The notes beneath the pieces were generated by a model, which saw only the letters and a program-made list of their open reading frames with translations, was not told the DNA's origin and did no database searches. A stretch of DNA of 64,000 nt from Octopus sinensis (taxonomy: Eukaryota), in contig NC_042997.1 of assembly GCF_006345805.1 (NCBI RefSeq), positions 152,644,001 to 152,708,000 of the forward strand, read 5' to 3'. The stretch's first letter is position 1; each line of letters begins with the position of its first letter. The position numbers and the translations under genes are program-made. Positions 41,268 through 54,288 of this stretch are shown here, piece by piece.

Positions 41268-41664
41268 CGTGATTTAAGTTTCTAAAATTCTCAAAATTTA
41301 ACCTTGTTTCTGTAAGCAGAATTACAAGCCATGTACCGAAATTAGTATTTATACTTTACGGATTGCGTAAGAGACAATTCCAAACTCTATTATCCAAAAT
41401 GTTCTGTAATATGACTTCATCATGACGCAATTGTTTAAATTTCGACAAACAACATGGCTTGTTTAAAACTTTCTACATACACTTTGCCTGTTCATCTTTA
41501 TTGCCGATGGAATCATATGTACTTCACACCAGAGAATCAGCTTCCAATGATAAGCTTAATTTGCAAGAAATTGCAGCTTAATTCCATCCAATTACACTCT
41601 ACTAATTTTAAAAAGGGCGGTAATATCATATAATGTGGTCTTATATCTTTCATTTTTTGCTGAT

Positions 41665-42125
41665 GCACCGCCTTGAAGGGTTTTAGTTGAACAAATCAAC
41701 CCCAGCACTTATTTTATTAAGCCTAGTACTTATTGTATCGGTGTCATTGGACGAACTGCTAAGTTACAGGTATGTAAGTACACAAACGTCGGTTGACAAG
41801 CGGTGGGATGGGGAAAAGCATAGACACAAAGAGTCACACACTCATCGATATATGCATATACATATGTACGACGGCCTTATTTTCGTCAACCAAATCTACT
41901 CACAAGGCTTTGGTCGGCCCGAGGTTATAGTAGAAGACACTTATCAAAAGTGCCACACATTAGGACTGAACCTGGGACCATATGAGTTTTTAAAGCCTCG
42001 TACTTATTTTATAGGCCTCTTTTATCGAACCGGTAGGTTACAGGGATGAAAGTACACCAACACAAGTTGTCAGGCGGTGGGAGTAGACAAACACAGATAC
42101 AAAGAGACACACACATATGTAGATA
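41665..42125 (-). mobile_element. SINE family A, one copy plus a partial second copy
   Basis: gcaccgccttgaaggg, gaactgctaagttac and cacaaggctttggtcggcccgagg..atagtagaagacact blocks; second partial from about 41990. Confidence 0.8.
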
Positions 42126-42131
42126 CTTACA

Positions 42132-42184
<53 letters not shown>

Positions 42185-42263
42185 GCATCTATATATATAT
42201 ATATATACATGCACACACATACACACACACACACACATATATATATATATTTATATAATACAA

Positions 42264-42916
42264 ATAAGAAAATGGAGGAACAGATTCATTCCAATCATCC
42301 ACTTACAGATATTACTAATTCATATTATTTATTTATTAACTACATAAATAGGAACATCCAAATCCAACAAAACAAAACAATATACAGCAATATGTAAGAT
42401 AATAATACCATAAAAATAATATACATAAAATGCACATGTATGTATATGCATATGAATGTGTTTCTTACCTGTGTATATATATATGTATGCAAAATAAGAC
42501 TGAAGTTTCGATTTTGACTGTATGATATATGAATATAATGACATTATTTGTTGAATTAATGTGCTTGTATCTTTCATAAGCATCTGTCTATATATTATGT
42601 TATACTATATTATACATGTGATATATAATATATTATATTATATTATATTATACTATATTATATTATATTATATTATATTTTATGTGGTATTTTCCATCTG
42701 CTATGTATTGTGAATAGCAGAATGCACATAATCTAATATTGGTATTATTATTAATAATAATAATATTAATAGTTTTCGTAATGTAATTAACTTTGTATAT
42801 GTACACATTGATGTGGATGTATATGTACACTCCAGTATATATATTTGATTATCTATAACCTTATGTGTATATATATTATTATATATATACTTATATATAT
42901 GTATATACACCTATGT

Positions 42917-42982
<66 letters not shown>

Positions 42983-43549
42983 TTGTGTATGTGTATTTTG
43001 TTTCATATTTATATTTGCATTTTTATAATTGTACTTTATAATCTCTGACGAGGCCTTGAGAAATATATATATATATATATATATATATTTTAAAAATATA
43101 AATATATGAAAGAATGGAGCTGAACGACGAATTAACAAAATTCCTTTATTTTCGACATATGTTTCGAAGGCTGCATATTCCTAATTGCGAAGGAATAAGG
43201 AGTACATTATGCCGCTTTCTCATCACGAAAAGCAAGGAACTTATGTCAACATCAAAATGCACAAAAAACTTTTAGCTCCGTGTGAGTAACTCATTTTTAA
43301 CTGCATATTACCTCAATACATCTGACTAATATAGGCAGAATGAGATACCTTTATCTAAAGGCTGAATCAGCTGTAAGATCCATTTTATGTATATTATTCT
43401 TATGGTATTATTATCTTACGTATTGCTGTATACTGTTTTGTTTTGTTGGATTTGGATGTTCCTATTTATATAGTTAATAAATAAATAATATGAATTGGTA
43501 ATATCTGTAAGTCGATGATTGGAATGAATCTGTTCCTCCATTTTCTTAT
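42264..43549. repeat. 169-bp inverted repeat pair (42264-42432 and 43381-43549)
   Basis: About 6 mismatches by manual alignment; 948-bp spacer. Confidence 0.92.
43149..43231 (-). ncRNA. Hammerhead-like motif with long stem II, probably inactivated (G at position 3)
   Basis: UUUUC-GUGAUGA-GAAAGCGGCAUA...UAUGCAGCCUUC-GAAA-CAUAUG-UC/GAAAA; palindromic stem III ACAUAUGU; tail then (TA)n at 43050-43090. Confidence 0.6.
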
Positions 43550-43744
43550 ATATATTATGAATTTGAGGTAAAATATGTTACCTTCGCCCATCTAATACAA
43601 TAAATGAATTAACTGCATTGCAATTATAAGCATTTATGTATTTGGCATTTGGGTGCTTCACTAGCAGTATATTGGATAACTGATATCCCATAGTGGGTTA
43701 CACTCATAACCCCAATCTCACTTTGAACTATATATATTTATATA

Positions 43745-43885
43745 TATATTCTACGGGCTTCTTTCAGTTTTCGCAAGCTTTTGGTCGGCCTGAGGCAATA
43801 GTAGAAGGCACTTTCCTAAAGTACAACGTAGAGGGGCTGGACCCCGTAACTATGTGGTTGGTAAACTTCTTACCACACATCCACA
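43745..43885 (-). mobile_element. SINE family A fragment
   Basis: acgggcttctttcagttt and ttggtcggcctgaggcaatagtagaaggcact blocks. Confidence 0.7.
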
Positions 43886-44677
43886 CCTGCACCTATATAC
43901 AGGAAGGTGGAATTGTTATGGCTGGGATACTTTCATAATAAATCTGTTTATTGAGAGTCTACTTGGAGAGAAAAATGAACAATAACAAGAAAGTCCAAAA
44001 CGTTCTTCAGTTGTTACATCACAGAAATACGGCCTAGAAATCCACATTTTTCATCTTACATAGCATTTATAATATTTGGGAAAAATTTAATTCAGTTTTT
44101 TTATTTCACCTAAAAGCCTAACAAAGATAATATTAAAGCGATTACAATAGTAAACGTAACGAATATTTTTTAAAGCAGAGGTTAGATACACATTCAATTC
44201 TTTTCCTATTCAATCACTTGTGTAAATGTTGCTGTTGCTGTTGCTGACGCTATTAAAGATGAACAGAAGTTGTGATGAAAACAATCAAACATCGTGTCGT
44301 CGTCGTAGCCATCATCATCATCATCATTATCAACATCATCATAACCATCATCACTATCATCATTATATTATCAAAGTTAGAAATCAAATTAAATTTGAGA
44401 ATAGTTTATTGTTTTTTAGAACTTAAAATCTGGATAAGATTCTAATTTTCCTTCCAAATACATTAGTAACGTTAAATCTTTTCCAAACACTTTCAATTTA
44501 ATTAAAGTTATTTTAATAACAAACCTTGGTTTATCTACAAAAGACTGATTATTTTGTTTATTTTACTATACTGACTTCTTTAATATAAGGCAATTTAGCG
44601 GAGACTGTTGGAAAGGTTTTTGTTTTTTAAATATGGTTTTCTCTAAGTCGGCCTTGTGAAGCTCGTTTCTGTAAGCT

Positions 44678-44970
44678 AGCGATTCGCAAACACTGCGTCA
44701 CAGCGCCTAGGTGGTCTCTAGGTGCACCAGCAGGTTTGAAAAATATTTTGTCAGGTTTTAGAAAATCTATATTGATACTAGACCATCTAGGAACAAATGT
44801 GCTAGTAATAATTTTGTTACATACATGAATAATTATTAAAAAAGTAGTAAACAATAGTTAAGAAATATTTTTCCAAATTTTAAAACTTTAAAACAGTTTC
44901 TTTTCAATTTAAAGTGCACTCTTCATTTGATTTAGTGAGTACCACGAACTCAAAACACTGAGAACCATTC
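44678..44970. mobile_element. Possible degenerate hAT/Charlie-type MITE
   Basis: Ends tagcgattcgcaaac and ctgagaaccatt resemble cagtggttctcaaac TIRs; no clear TSD. Confidence 0.35.
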
Positions 44971-46199
44971 ATCTAAGTTATGCCTTATATACGGTTTTGT
45001 ATTCGATTTTACAAAGCAATAAAACACTTCTCGGTTATATAGCATTTTTCTGTGTTCAGAATTGAGCTTTACACCAGCATGATGTATAGATATGATTAGG
45101 TAAATTGGGGATGTCTTAGTAATAGTCAGATTACAGTCTTAATAAAATTATATATATCCTCAATCCATTAACTAATGGCAAGTCATTCTATTTATTCTGC
45201 TAGGTTTCTCTGCCGTTATTTCTCTAGTGTGACTAACGGAACAAACGATTGTAATTTTTCGGACACACTTTTTGGAATAAAACGTTTCTTATTTTATTAG
45301 CTAAAAGTGTTTTTCAAGTATGATATTAATAAAATCATTTATACTCCCAGTAAAATCTGAGGCTTTCTAGCAATGACAAAGATTTATATTTATATCTACA
45401 TTACGTTTCGATCGTCACTAGTAATAAAACACCTGATAAAAACCTGAGACAAAAGCAATCGAAATTTAATGTACATATAAATATTGGGTTTTAACATTTG
45501 CTCAAGGGTAAAAAGTGAAGTTAACATGGACGTCATTTGAATTTAAAACTAAGAGGAACGTAACTAAATACCGCGAGTCATTTTGCCTGATAAGTGAACG
45601 ATCTCACAACATTAGAATTTTGGTTGAATGATGAGTGAGTTATCTCTACCTCGATACTTGATTGGTTCTTATTAAAAAGTGTATCACTATAGATGGAGTC
45701 GAAGTCTGAAAAATCTATAAACTTATTAATAACAACATTTCTTATATCTAAGAAAGATGTCTCTTAAAAAGGAATGTAACTTATTATAATATAAAAATAC
45801 ATTTCGATAAAATGTATGTTTTTAAATGATAGGATTGAAATTTTGTTAATAAAAAATAAAAAAAAGCAAAGTATGATAAAATATTTTGTACATCACAATG
45901 TGATGTTTTCAAGTGACAACACACTTTAAAAAGAACCATTTGCATTGCATTAATGCTAATTACAATCATTGAATATTTTTTAAAGAAACAAACGGAAAAA
46001 ATAAATAAATGTCCAATTTAGTTGTAACATTCCTATTTACAGAGTTAATATAAAAGACCTGATGATGGTGTAGTACTGACAGATATCTGGCCCGGGTCAG
46101 TATTGATCGATTAGATCTATCATCGAAAGTGATCTATTAAGACCAGCAGGTCTGTTTATTTTTAGATATTATATATCAAATGTGGGTACAGTATGATCA

Positions 46200-46520
46200 A
46201 ATGTCTAAGAAGTTCACTTCGTAATCACGCGTTCCCAGATTCGATCTCATTTACACAGTGGGCATCTTGGACAAGTGTCACTTTCCAAAGCCATGTTGGA
46301 GCCATTCGACAAATGGAAACTGTAAAGACGCCTGTCGGTTGGATTGGACGTGTTATTTAACAGGCGCAAAATTTGTCACATTGTGTCACGCTTATTTCGT
46401 CTATGAATCATATTAAGGTTATACACATAACTGTGGAATACTCAGTCGCTCATTCGCTAGTTCATTAAGCTCAGTTGATTGAACAACTGAAAACTCATGG
46501 TTTGTAATTGTAACTGCGAT
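46200..46520 (+). mobile_element. Old SINE remnant(s)
   Basis: Degenerate tRNA-like head with cttggacaagtgtc and a tail resembling other SINE tails. Confidence 0.45.
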
Positions 46521-46659
46521 GAATATATCTAATTCTACATGATCTGATGTAATTTTAGCAACAATTTGTTTAAGACTGTAGGGCACGATTTAAGTGAAAT
46601 TAACTGCTACAGTTAGCAAATCCAGCGGTCGAGGCACCCTTGTTTATTCATTGTAATAT

Positions 46660-46853
46660 TGATATAAGGTCAGCAATTTAGAGAGGCGGTAGAAGCCTAT
46701 TACATCAATACCAGTACTGAACTGGTACTTATTTTATAGATCCGGAATTGATGTAAAACAAAATCAACCTTGGATTCATAAGAACGTAAAAAACTGGTAG
46801 AAATGCCAAGAATTTTGTCCGACGCGCTAACAAGTCTGCTAGTTCACTGCCTC
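46660..46853 (-). mobile_element. SINE family C, old copy
   Basis: actggtacttattttatagatcc core and gcgctaacaagtctgctagttcactgcc head. Confidence 0.6.
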
Positions 46854-48821
46854 CAGTCACAATGTGCTATTAAAAGAATATCATGAAATATATCGATTTA
46901 TTTTCTATACCTCTTCCAATAATTTAACTAGCCATTCAATAATTAATCTGATATTAGTCCAGTAGCTCTGCAATACTGCACACTATATTTTTACTTTTGC
47001 ATATAGAAATCCTTTCAATGTTATCAATACCAAATATCTTGTGATTGCCTAAGCTGCGATATTGATTATTGAATTTTAAAATGTCATTCAAGGTTTTTTT
47101 TATTATATAAAGGATAAACGTGGATGTTGTTCGACATCGAGAATAGCAACAAAAATCAACACTCTACACATTTCACCCCCAAAACATTTAAAGAAGTGTG
47201 AATACATTGGGTCCAAAACAATAAGAAAATCACAACAGGAACATCACTGAACACAAGTCTGCCCATGCAGGGCGAAGCCAATGGGGACTGAGCAACAAAC
47301 ACATTGTGTATTTCTAGTCAGCCTTAACCTAACTGTACGAGACACCTAATTGGTTGTCGACAAAGATAGGTTAACTCCGTACTCCAAACACGTCTGTCCA
47401 TGAGACTTTAGCGAGTAAACATTTGTCTGCTGCTGTGTTCCAAACAATTGTTTTGTTTCTCTGTGAATGAAACAAAAGGTTAATTATTTCACCGCATTTC
47501 TTCAAATTTTCGATTATCTTGAAAATTAATTTTAGCACATAGACAGTCTCTTCATGAATGAAATAAACAGCTCCTCAGAAACCTCCCTGGTGATTAGTAC
47601 GATAGCAAATAATTAAAAAGATTCAAAGTGTGACTGATTTGTGAATCATTTCGAAGTCGTAGCATTTCAATAAGTTCCACAAAACTTTAATATATTATTA
47701 AGATTTCTATCGAATATTTACAAACACACGTATTAATAGATATACACACTGCACCAGAAATAATTACACATGCATAAGCTTAGACGGAGTCTTATTAGCA
47801 CTTAATTCATTTACGGTATTCATCAAAGTTACTAAATTCAATATAATTCACCTTACTCCAAAATAATAGAGATTAATTTGAAAAGGAAAAGTGCAACATT
47901 CGTATATGTATAAGATTCCCCTGAGGGCACGAACGAGAACAGACACTCTCTCTCTCTCTTTCTCTCTCCCTCTCCCTCTCTCTTTCTCCCTCTCTCCCCC
48001 TCTGTCTCACACACACACAAAATACACACACGCACACACACGAATACATAAATACATACATAACGATTGCTCCAACTTCACAGAGGATTACCGCCTCTTT
48101 GTGCTCCCTCATTGTCAATGGAATTTCTGACTTTCCGTCCATGCAGATCTGCATGGTTTGACGCATATATATCATACAAAAATTGCAACATCTCCACCGT
48201 AGTTGGTCCCTGTCACGGGAAAACACAACAACGTTAGGATAAGATCCATGCCGACTTTGTACAGATTTGTAACTGTGCACTAAAAACATAGATGCACATG
48301 TCACCTCTCTTCCATCGCCATAGGGCTTTCATTAGGTGGAATGAGAAATGAGACCACCAATAATGAGACATCTGTACTCATCGGATTATAGTGATATACG
48401 TTTGAACATCACCAGTTTCACTCTCTGAGTTTTTGTCATTGGTACCTAGTGACAAGCCGAAGCGATATGACCAGTAATCACACGAAACAGCAGATTTCAC
48501 ATCACAGTGTCCTTCTCCTAGAAGAATGCTGTGACAACATCTCCTAGAAGAATACAGGGAGGACATCACTCACTCATTGTAACTTTAGTAGTTGAGTGGC
48601 CATTGACTCAACAATGTTCAATGACCCTTTGACATACTTTGCTTTTGTTACTGCAGAGTGTCCAGTCCAATAAAAGCACTCTATTTACAAGCAAAATTGG
48701 TAGGGATGCTGGTTTAGTCAACAGCCTGACCATGCGACAGGTTGTGCTGGGTTACTCGGTACCAGTATGAATGTATACATACCTACCATACATACATACT
48801 ACATATATTATATTATATTAT

Positions 48822-48879
<58 letters not shown>

Positions 48880-49936
48880 CGTGCTCACATGCATATTTAT
48901 TTGTACATATGTGTGAATGTATAACCTTTTATCGTAGATTCATAGAGATGATAGAAAGGCAACAGAAGAGAAACAGTTCAGACACAAAAGAAGGTATTTT
49001 GTTTTCTCACATGCTACACGCAGATCTCATGCTTAGACAACGCGCACAACAAAATAAAAACACTAAGAGAGCAACACAGCATGCATTGTGCAGAGCTTGT
49101 TATTGCAGTAAACTCTAATCCCTATAGTCTTCTCCAATTCATGCCGAATGATACTACAGCATCCAGAACAATAATTCAACAATATTTTAAAAGCATTATG
49201 CTTCTTAATCCAGATCAACATAGAATTCTCGTAAACATGATTACAGCCGCAAAACAATCCAGCCAGGGAATTCGACATGATCACTTGATCTACTAGCAAT
49301 AGCGGCGAAAACTTCCTCAATTCATTCAGTACAGCCTTAATAACAGAGAAATAAAAAATTATTAAAATGAATGCTAAAATCATTGCCACAACTGAAACGC
49401 TTTCAAACACGGTTCAGTCAAACATGGGCGGGAGAAATAACATCACCAACATCACCAACAGCATTATTAGTATCATTTACTCTAAGTATTATCGAATCAT
49501 TCTGATAGAATAGTATCTGTCGCTCTCTCACTGAGTGCAACTTGCCCGCATCTATTGTGGCATCATCATATTTTACAGGTTTACAACTGTGATTATGTTG
49601 AAGTCCCTATGTGTTCATTTGACCTACGATAATCAACAGCCAAATTTCTCACAAATTCTACAGTCTGTCATGTTAAATGAAAGAAGAATGTAGCAGGTAA
49701 TGTAACTTATAGACAAACTATGCATGATAACTTTCACAGCCAGTCATCTCAAATTGATGCAAGGATCTAAATTGTTTCAGCCTGAGCAGACATCCCTCTA
49801 AGATATTAATTAAATGTGTGTTCTAGATGGATATGCAGGGCTCTGTACGGCTTGTAAGATCCAAGAGAGAATAAGCCCATATTTTCGGAAAAAGTGACAA
49901 TATTCAAATAACTCTAGTGTTTGAGATGATATATTT

Positions 49937-50385
49937 AGTGATTCACAACCTTTTACGATTCAGCATCTCCTTTTCACACAAATGCCACCCTTCTCATTTT
50001 TACAAAAAAATTAAAGAAGTAGATTATTGTAATCAAACAGAAGGTAATTTAACGCCGTGATTTGTTATCAATAATTATAGTATCTTTAGATATTTACAGC
50101 TAGTATTTTTAGATGTTTATATAGTGTCCTTTATGGCGATTACCAAACAAGGGCAAGGTTTTATGCAACTAAATGATGTTGGGCTTTGGCGTGTCAACTC
50201 ATGTCTTTATTCACGATATCACAGTGTCCTTCTTAATCCCTTTTTAATCCAAAGATGATTTTGCAAATGTGCTTATAGTAAAGGTATTTACATGGTTTAA
50301 AAGATTTTCTACCATTTAGCATCCCAGCACCCGCAAGATCTAAGCATCCTAAGAGGTGCTACTACACTCGTTAAAAACCACTGGT
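49937..50385. mobile_element. Possible degenerate hAT-type MITE
   Basis: tagtgattcacaacc at left and gttaaaaaccactg followed by gtctaaac at right; TSD not matched. Confidence 0.3.
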
Positions 50386-51229
50386 CTAAACAGAACATAT
50401 TTAGGGCCATTTACTTGCAAATAAAGTTAAGTACAAATATTTACACTTATTTTATCTGAGTGGGGTACTGCGTTTAAAATATCAGCGTAAACCATTAAAA
50501 AATGAAATGGAGAAAAATTCAAAACGTCTGCTAACGAAAAATTAATCAAATATTAATATCAAGCGACGTTATATGAATTATAAAAACCTCACACACATAT
50601 CAAAATTTAACGAACGCAAAGATTAAATTCATTATTTAGTCTTATAAATTGTGGAGTTTCAGTTGCTAGGAAATATTTCAATCTGCACAAATCATAATAT
50701 TTATCATTTGTGCAGATTGGCAGTTGCACAAACACACATAACTTAGTTTTCCTTTCTTATACTTGTGCAATTAATATTTTTGTATTGGCATAACGTTTAT
50801 TTTACTTCTATTTTTTAGAACTGTACTTGCATAAGTTTTGGAAAAACATGTGAACAGCTATTTGTAATCAGCATTTGTCAAAATATTGTACAGTTTCTTG
50901 TAACCTTAGAACTTTCAGATACGCGTTGTCTTGTACTAGTTCTGTGTTTCCAGTTTGTGAAATCCAAGAAAGTACACTTCTATTTCCAAATCATTCTGCA
51001 TCCTACTGTTTCCTTAATGGTTCCAGGTAAAGTGCTCAGCTATGAATAATGAGCTGATAAATATCTAACACCTCGTTTCCAGTCAGTTTCTAGGTTAAAA
51101 TGCTTTCAATGGGGTTAAATAAAGAACTGCGACTAATCACTAAAGCCAAACTTAACATTTACGGGCTTAAATTTCAAGTTTAGAGAGAGAGTACAGCGTT
51201 CACAAAACGAAAGAAAAAAAATGCATTCG

Positions 51230-52596
51230 AATTTTAACCAGTATCATAGAGAAAATCACAGATATATGCCAGTTTCTGACGCATAGGCATGTCTCCTCTG
51301 TGTGCCTTTTTTACCGCTACTATAACAGTCTGACTTGACACATCCTCTTTTCTACTCAAGCATTCTCGACACCCACGTACCCCCTCCCCTTACTGCTTGG
51401 TATTTTCTAACCCCAATAGGCCTTACCTTAACCACTATTCTTTTATTCGTTTATCCTTTTATTCTTTCACTTGTTTTAGTCATATGACTGCGGGCATACG
51501 GGGACAAGTTAAATGTGTCAACCCCAGGACTTATTTTCTTTTTAATCCTGATACTTAGTCTATCGGTCTGTTTTGCCGAACTGCTAAGTCACGGGGGCGT
51601 AAACATCCCAGCACCAGTTGACAAGCAGTCGAGTGGGGAGAAACACAGACACAAAGACGTACACTCTAAGATACATATATACAACGGCCTTCTTTCAGTT
51701 TCCGTCTACTAAACTCACTACCGAGGCTGTAGTAAAAGACACTTAACCAAGGTGTCACGCAGTGGGGCTGAAGCTTCTTACCACACAGCCACGCGCATCA
51801 AGAAAGTATAAAACATTGCTGAGGATAGGAGCATTTGTTGTTACACACAAAATACAAAGGGAAAATGAGCAAATATTTAAACAAACGAAAGAAAATACCT
51901 ACTCCTTCCTTTCCAGAAATTAGGCCCTCCAGAATTTTCTCTCTGATCATGTTACGCACCTCTGGACTTACGAAAATTAACGAGAAAATTTAATGGTACC
52001 AATCGATCTCGAAGGTTTTGCAAAAGCCATGGGCACTGTTCTTTTCTTGAGATCAAGTAAGTAAAAGAAAATATCCAAAAATTCAATTAGATATAAAAAT
52101 AAATGATGCAGTATTTCAGCATCACATGCTCATACGCTAGGGAGGGTTATACATTGGCTGTTTTTAGCCCCTTGTGGGCAATAAAGAAATATATACTTTG
52201 GCTGTTTACACTATTCATGCAATCGTAATATTAGACAACTCTGGTGAAGTATTCGATATACTGTATCAGATGTAGACACCATATCAATCCACTCTCCTTG
52301 CTTAAAATAAAACTGCAATAAAAGAACATTATTAATTCCTTCATCAATTAGATTATATCAAAAAAGTATAAAACACCAATTAAGAGTGGAACATTTGTTG
52401 CTGCATACAAAATATAAAGGGACTAATGAGGCAAATATGAAAACAAAGCCTTAACAAAAATAAACATAGGATTTTGATATTAATTGTAGATATGTATATA
52501 CAGACACATTCACAGATACAACGCCTAGACGTCTGCTTGTGTGCCTATATGTGTACATGTGCCTATATGTGTATATGTAAATACATATATTGTATT

Positions 52597-52679
<83 letters not shown>

Positions 52680-53123
52680 GTACAAAGACACAAACACACA
52701 CACATATATATATACATATTTATGTCATATCTCATGTCGATATATGTAATTGTAAATACATCCCGCCTCTATATATATATAATTTGTTGCGGCTGCTACA
52801 AGTAGCAGTGCACTCTGTCCGAGGGATTCGACTTGTGATTAATTAACTCTTGTTCTTCTGTCATTGCTATTATGCTCTCTCTTTTTCTAAGCACACATAT
52901 ATACATATATGTTCATATATGTAGATCTCTCTCTCTCTCTCTCTCGAAAATATGAAGCAGTAAGGGGATGGGGTACGTGGGTGTCGAGAATGCTTGAGTA
53001 GAAAAGTCGATGTGCCATTTCAGACTGTTATAGTAGCGGTATAAAAGGCACACAGAGGTGACATGCCTATGTGTCAAAAACTGGCATATATCTGTGAATT
53101 TCTCTATGATACTGGTTAAAATT
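51230..53123. repeat. About 178-bp inverted repeat pair (51230-51407 and 52946-53123)
   Basis: aattttaaccagtatcatagag...cccttactgctt and its reverse complement, roughly 90% identical by eye. Confidence 0.9.
51460..51790 (-). mobile_element. SINE family A copy
   Basis: gactgcgggcatac, ttgccgaactgctaagtcacgggggcgtaaac and gtagtaaaagacacttaaccaaggtgtcacgcagtgg blocks. Confidence 0.78.
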
Positions 53124-53503
53124 GCCCTTACCTCTCCAACACCACCCTCCTCACTGGCACCCATCATCGACCCTATCGCATCATCGACTCCTTCACCTGC
53201 ACCTCCAGCAATATCATCTATTGCATCTCCTGCTCTCTCTGCCATTCTCTGTACATCGGATAAACGGGACGCCGCTTGGCTGACCGGTTCGTGGAACACC
53301 TCCGAGACATCCGCCTTGCCAATGACACACCGGTCTCACGCCATTTCCGCTCCACCGGTCACTCCTTGCAACACCTGTCTGTGTTCGGATTGTCCTTGCA
53401 CAGAGGCCATCCAGATTCCCGCTTGCGCCGTGAACAGGGATTAATCTTCTCTCTTCGCTCTTTTACGCCATTTGGTCTCAACTCTCCCCCCTTTTTCACC
53501 TAA
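53123..53503 (+). pseudogene. GIY-YIG endonuclease domain of a Penelope-like element, one premature stop
   Basis: FTCTSSNIIYCISCSLCHSLYIG*TGRRLADRFVEHLRDIR..TPVSRHFRSTGH...RLRREQGLIFSL..FTPFGLN; TAA at 53261-53263 replaces the E of YIGETG. Confidence 0.9.
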
Positions 53504-53990
53504 CCTCCACCTTTTCATTTAACCTCCCCCCCGACTCCTACTTTTCTTCAGTCCTTCATCTTTTCACTCCTACTTCCTTTCCCTCTTCTTCCCTTCTTTC
53601 CCTTCTTCCCTCTTCTTTCTTCTTTCTTCTTCCCTCTTACCTTTCTCTCTTTCTCTCTGCTCCCTCATTCCCCTTATCTCCCCCTCCCCTCCCCTCCCCT
53701 CTCCCCATCCTCCTTTCCCATCCCCTCCTTTCCCATCCCCTCCTTTCCCATCCCCTCCTTTCCCATCCCCTTCCTCCTCTCCCATCCCCTTCCTCCTCTT
53801 CCCTCCTTCTCCTCCTCTCACCTCCTTCTCCTCCTCTCCTCTCATTCTCCCCCTCTCCTTCCTTCTCCTCTCCCTCTCCCTCCTCCTCCCCTCTCCCCCT
53901 CATCTCCTATCTCCCCTCTTCACCTCCCTCCTCTCTCTTCTCTCCCCCTCTCACTCTCCCCACATCCTCCACTCTACTCCAACCCCCAGC
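53504..53990. repeat. About 490-bp polypyrimidine/polypurine tract with cccatcccctccttt units
   Basis: Almost only C/T on plus; G-runs on minus (for example 53680-53706) are G-quadruplex/triplex compatible. Confidence 0.9.
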
Positions 53991-54288
53991 CGAACCCACA
54001 CCCCGCATGGGCTTTTCCCACTTCCCCACAACATCACACCATACTACACTACACCATACGACATTACACATCATATCATACATACATACACACGCACCTT
54101 CATGTTGGGGCGAGGTCACTGGACCCCGTTATCTCCCCTACTATCCCTCTAGCGTCTAACGACTGTCCTCTGACGTCTGACCTCTGATCTCTGACTTTTG
54201 CCTGAAATCAGAACGCCATGTTGGATCGTTAGCTCCTACACGTATTTTTTGTCTCTCCTTGTTTCTCTCCTTGTTTCTTTTCTGTGTA

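Noticed and set aside
43022-43050. Plus-strand CUGACGA-GGCC hammerhead start
   Set aside because: No closing strand for stem II before GAAA, and the sequence runs into (TA)n; at most a truncated relic.
45395-45430. Minus-strand GAAACGUA motif
   Set aside because: No CUGAnGA-compatible core and no stem I.
49063-49410. Membrane-protein call for the 115-aa minus ORF
   Set aside because: A hydrophobic N-terminus is common in antisense frames of A-rich DNA; no family motif.
51917-52056. Plus-strand exon candidate with strong acceptor and GTAAGT donor
   Set aside because: Stops in all three frames; it could only be a non-coding exon, and there is no transcript evidence.
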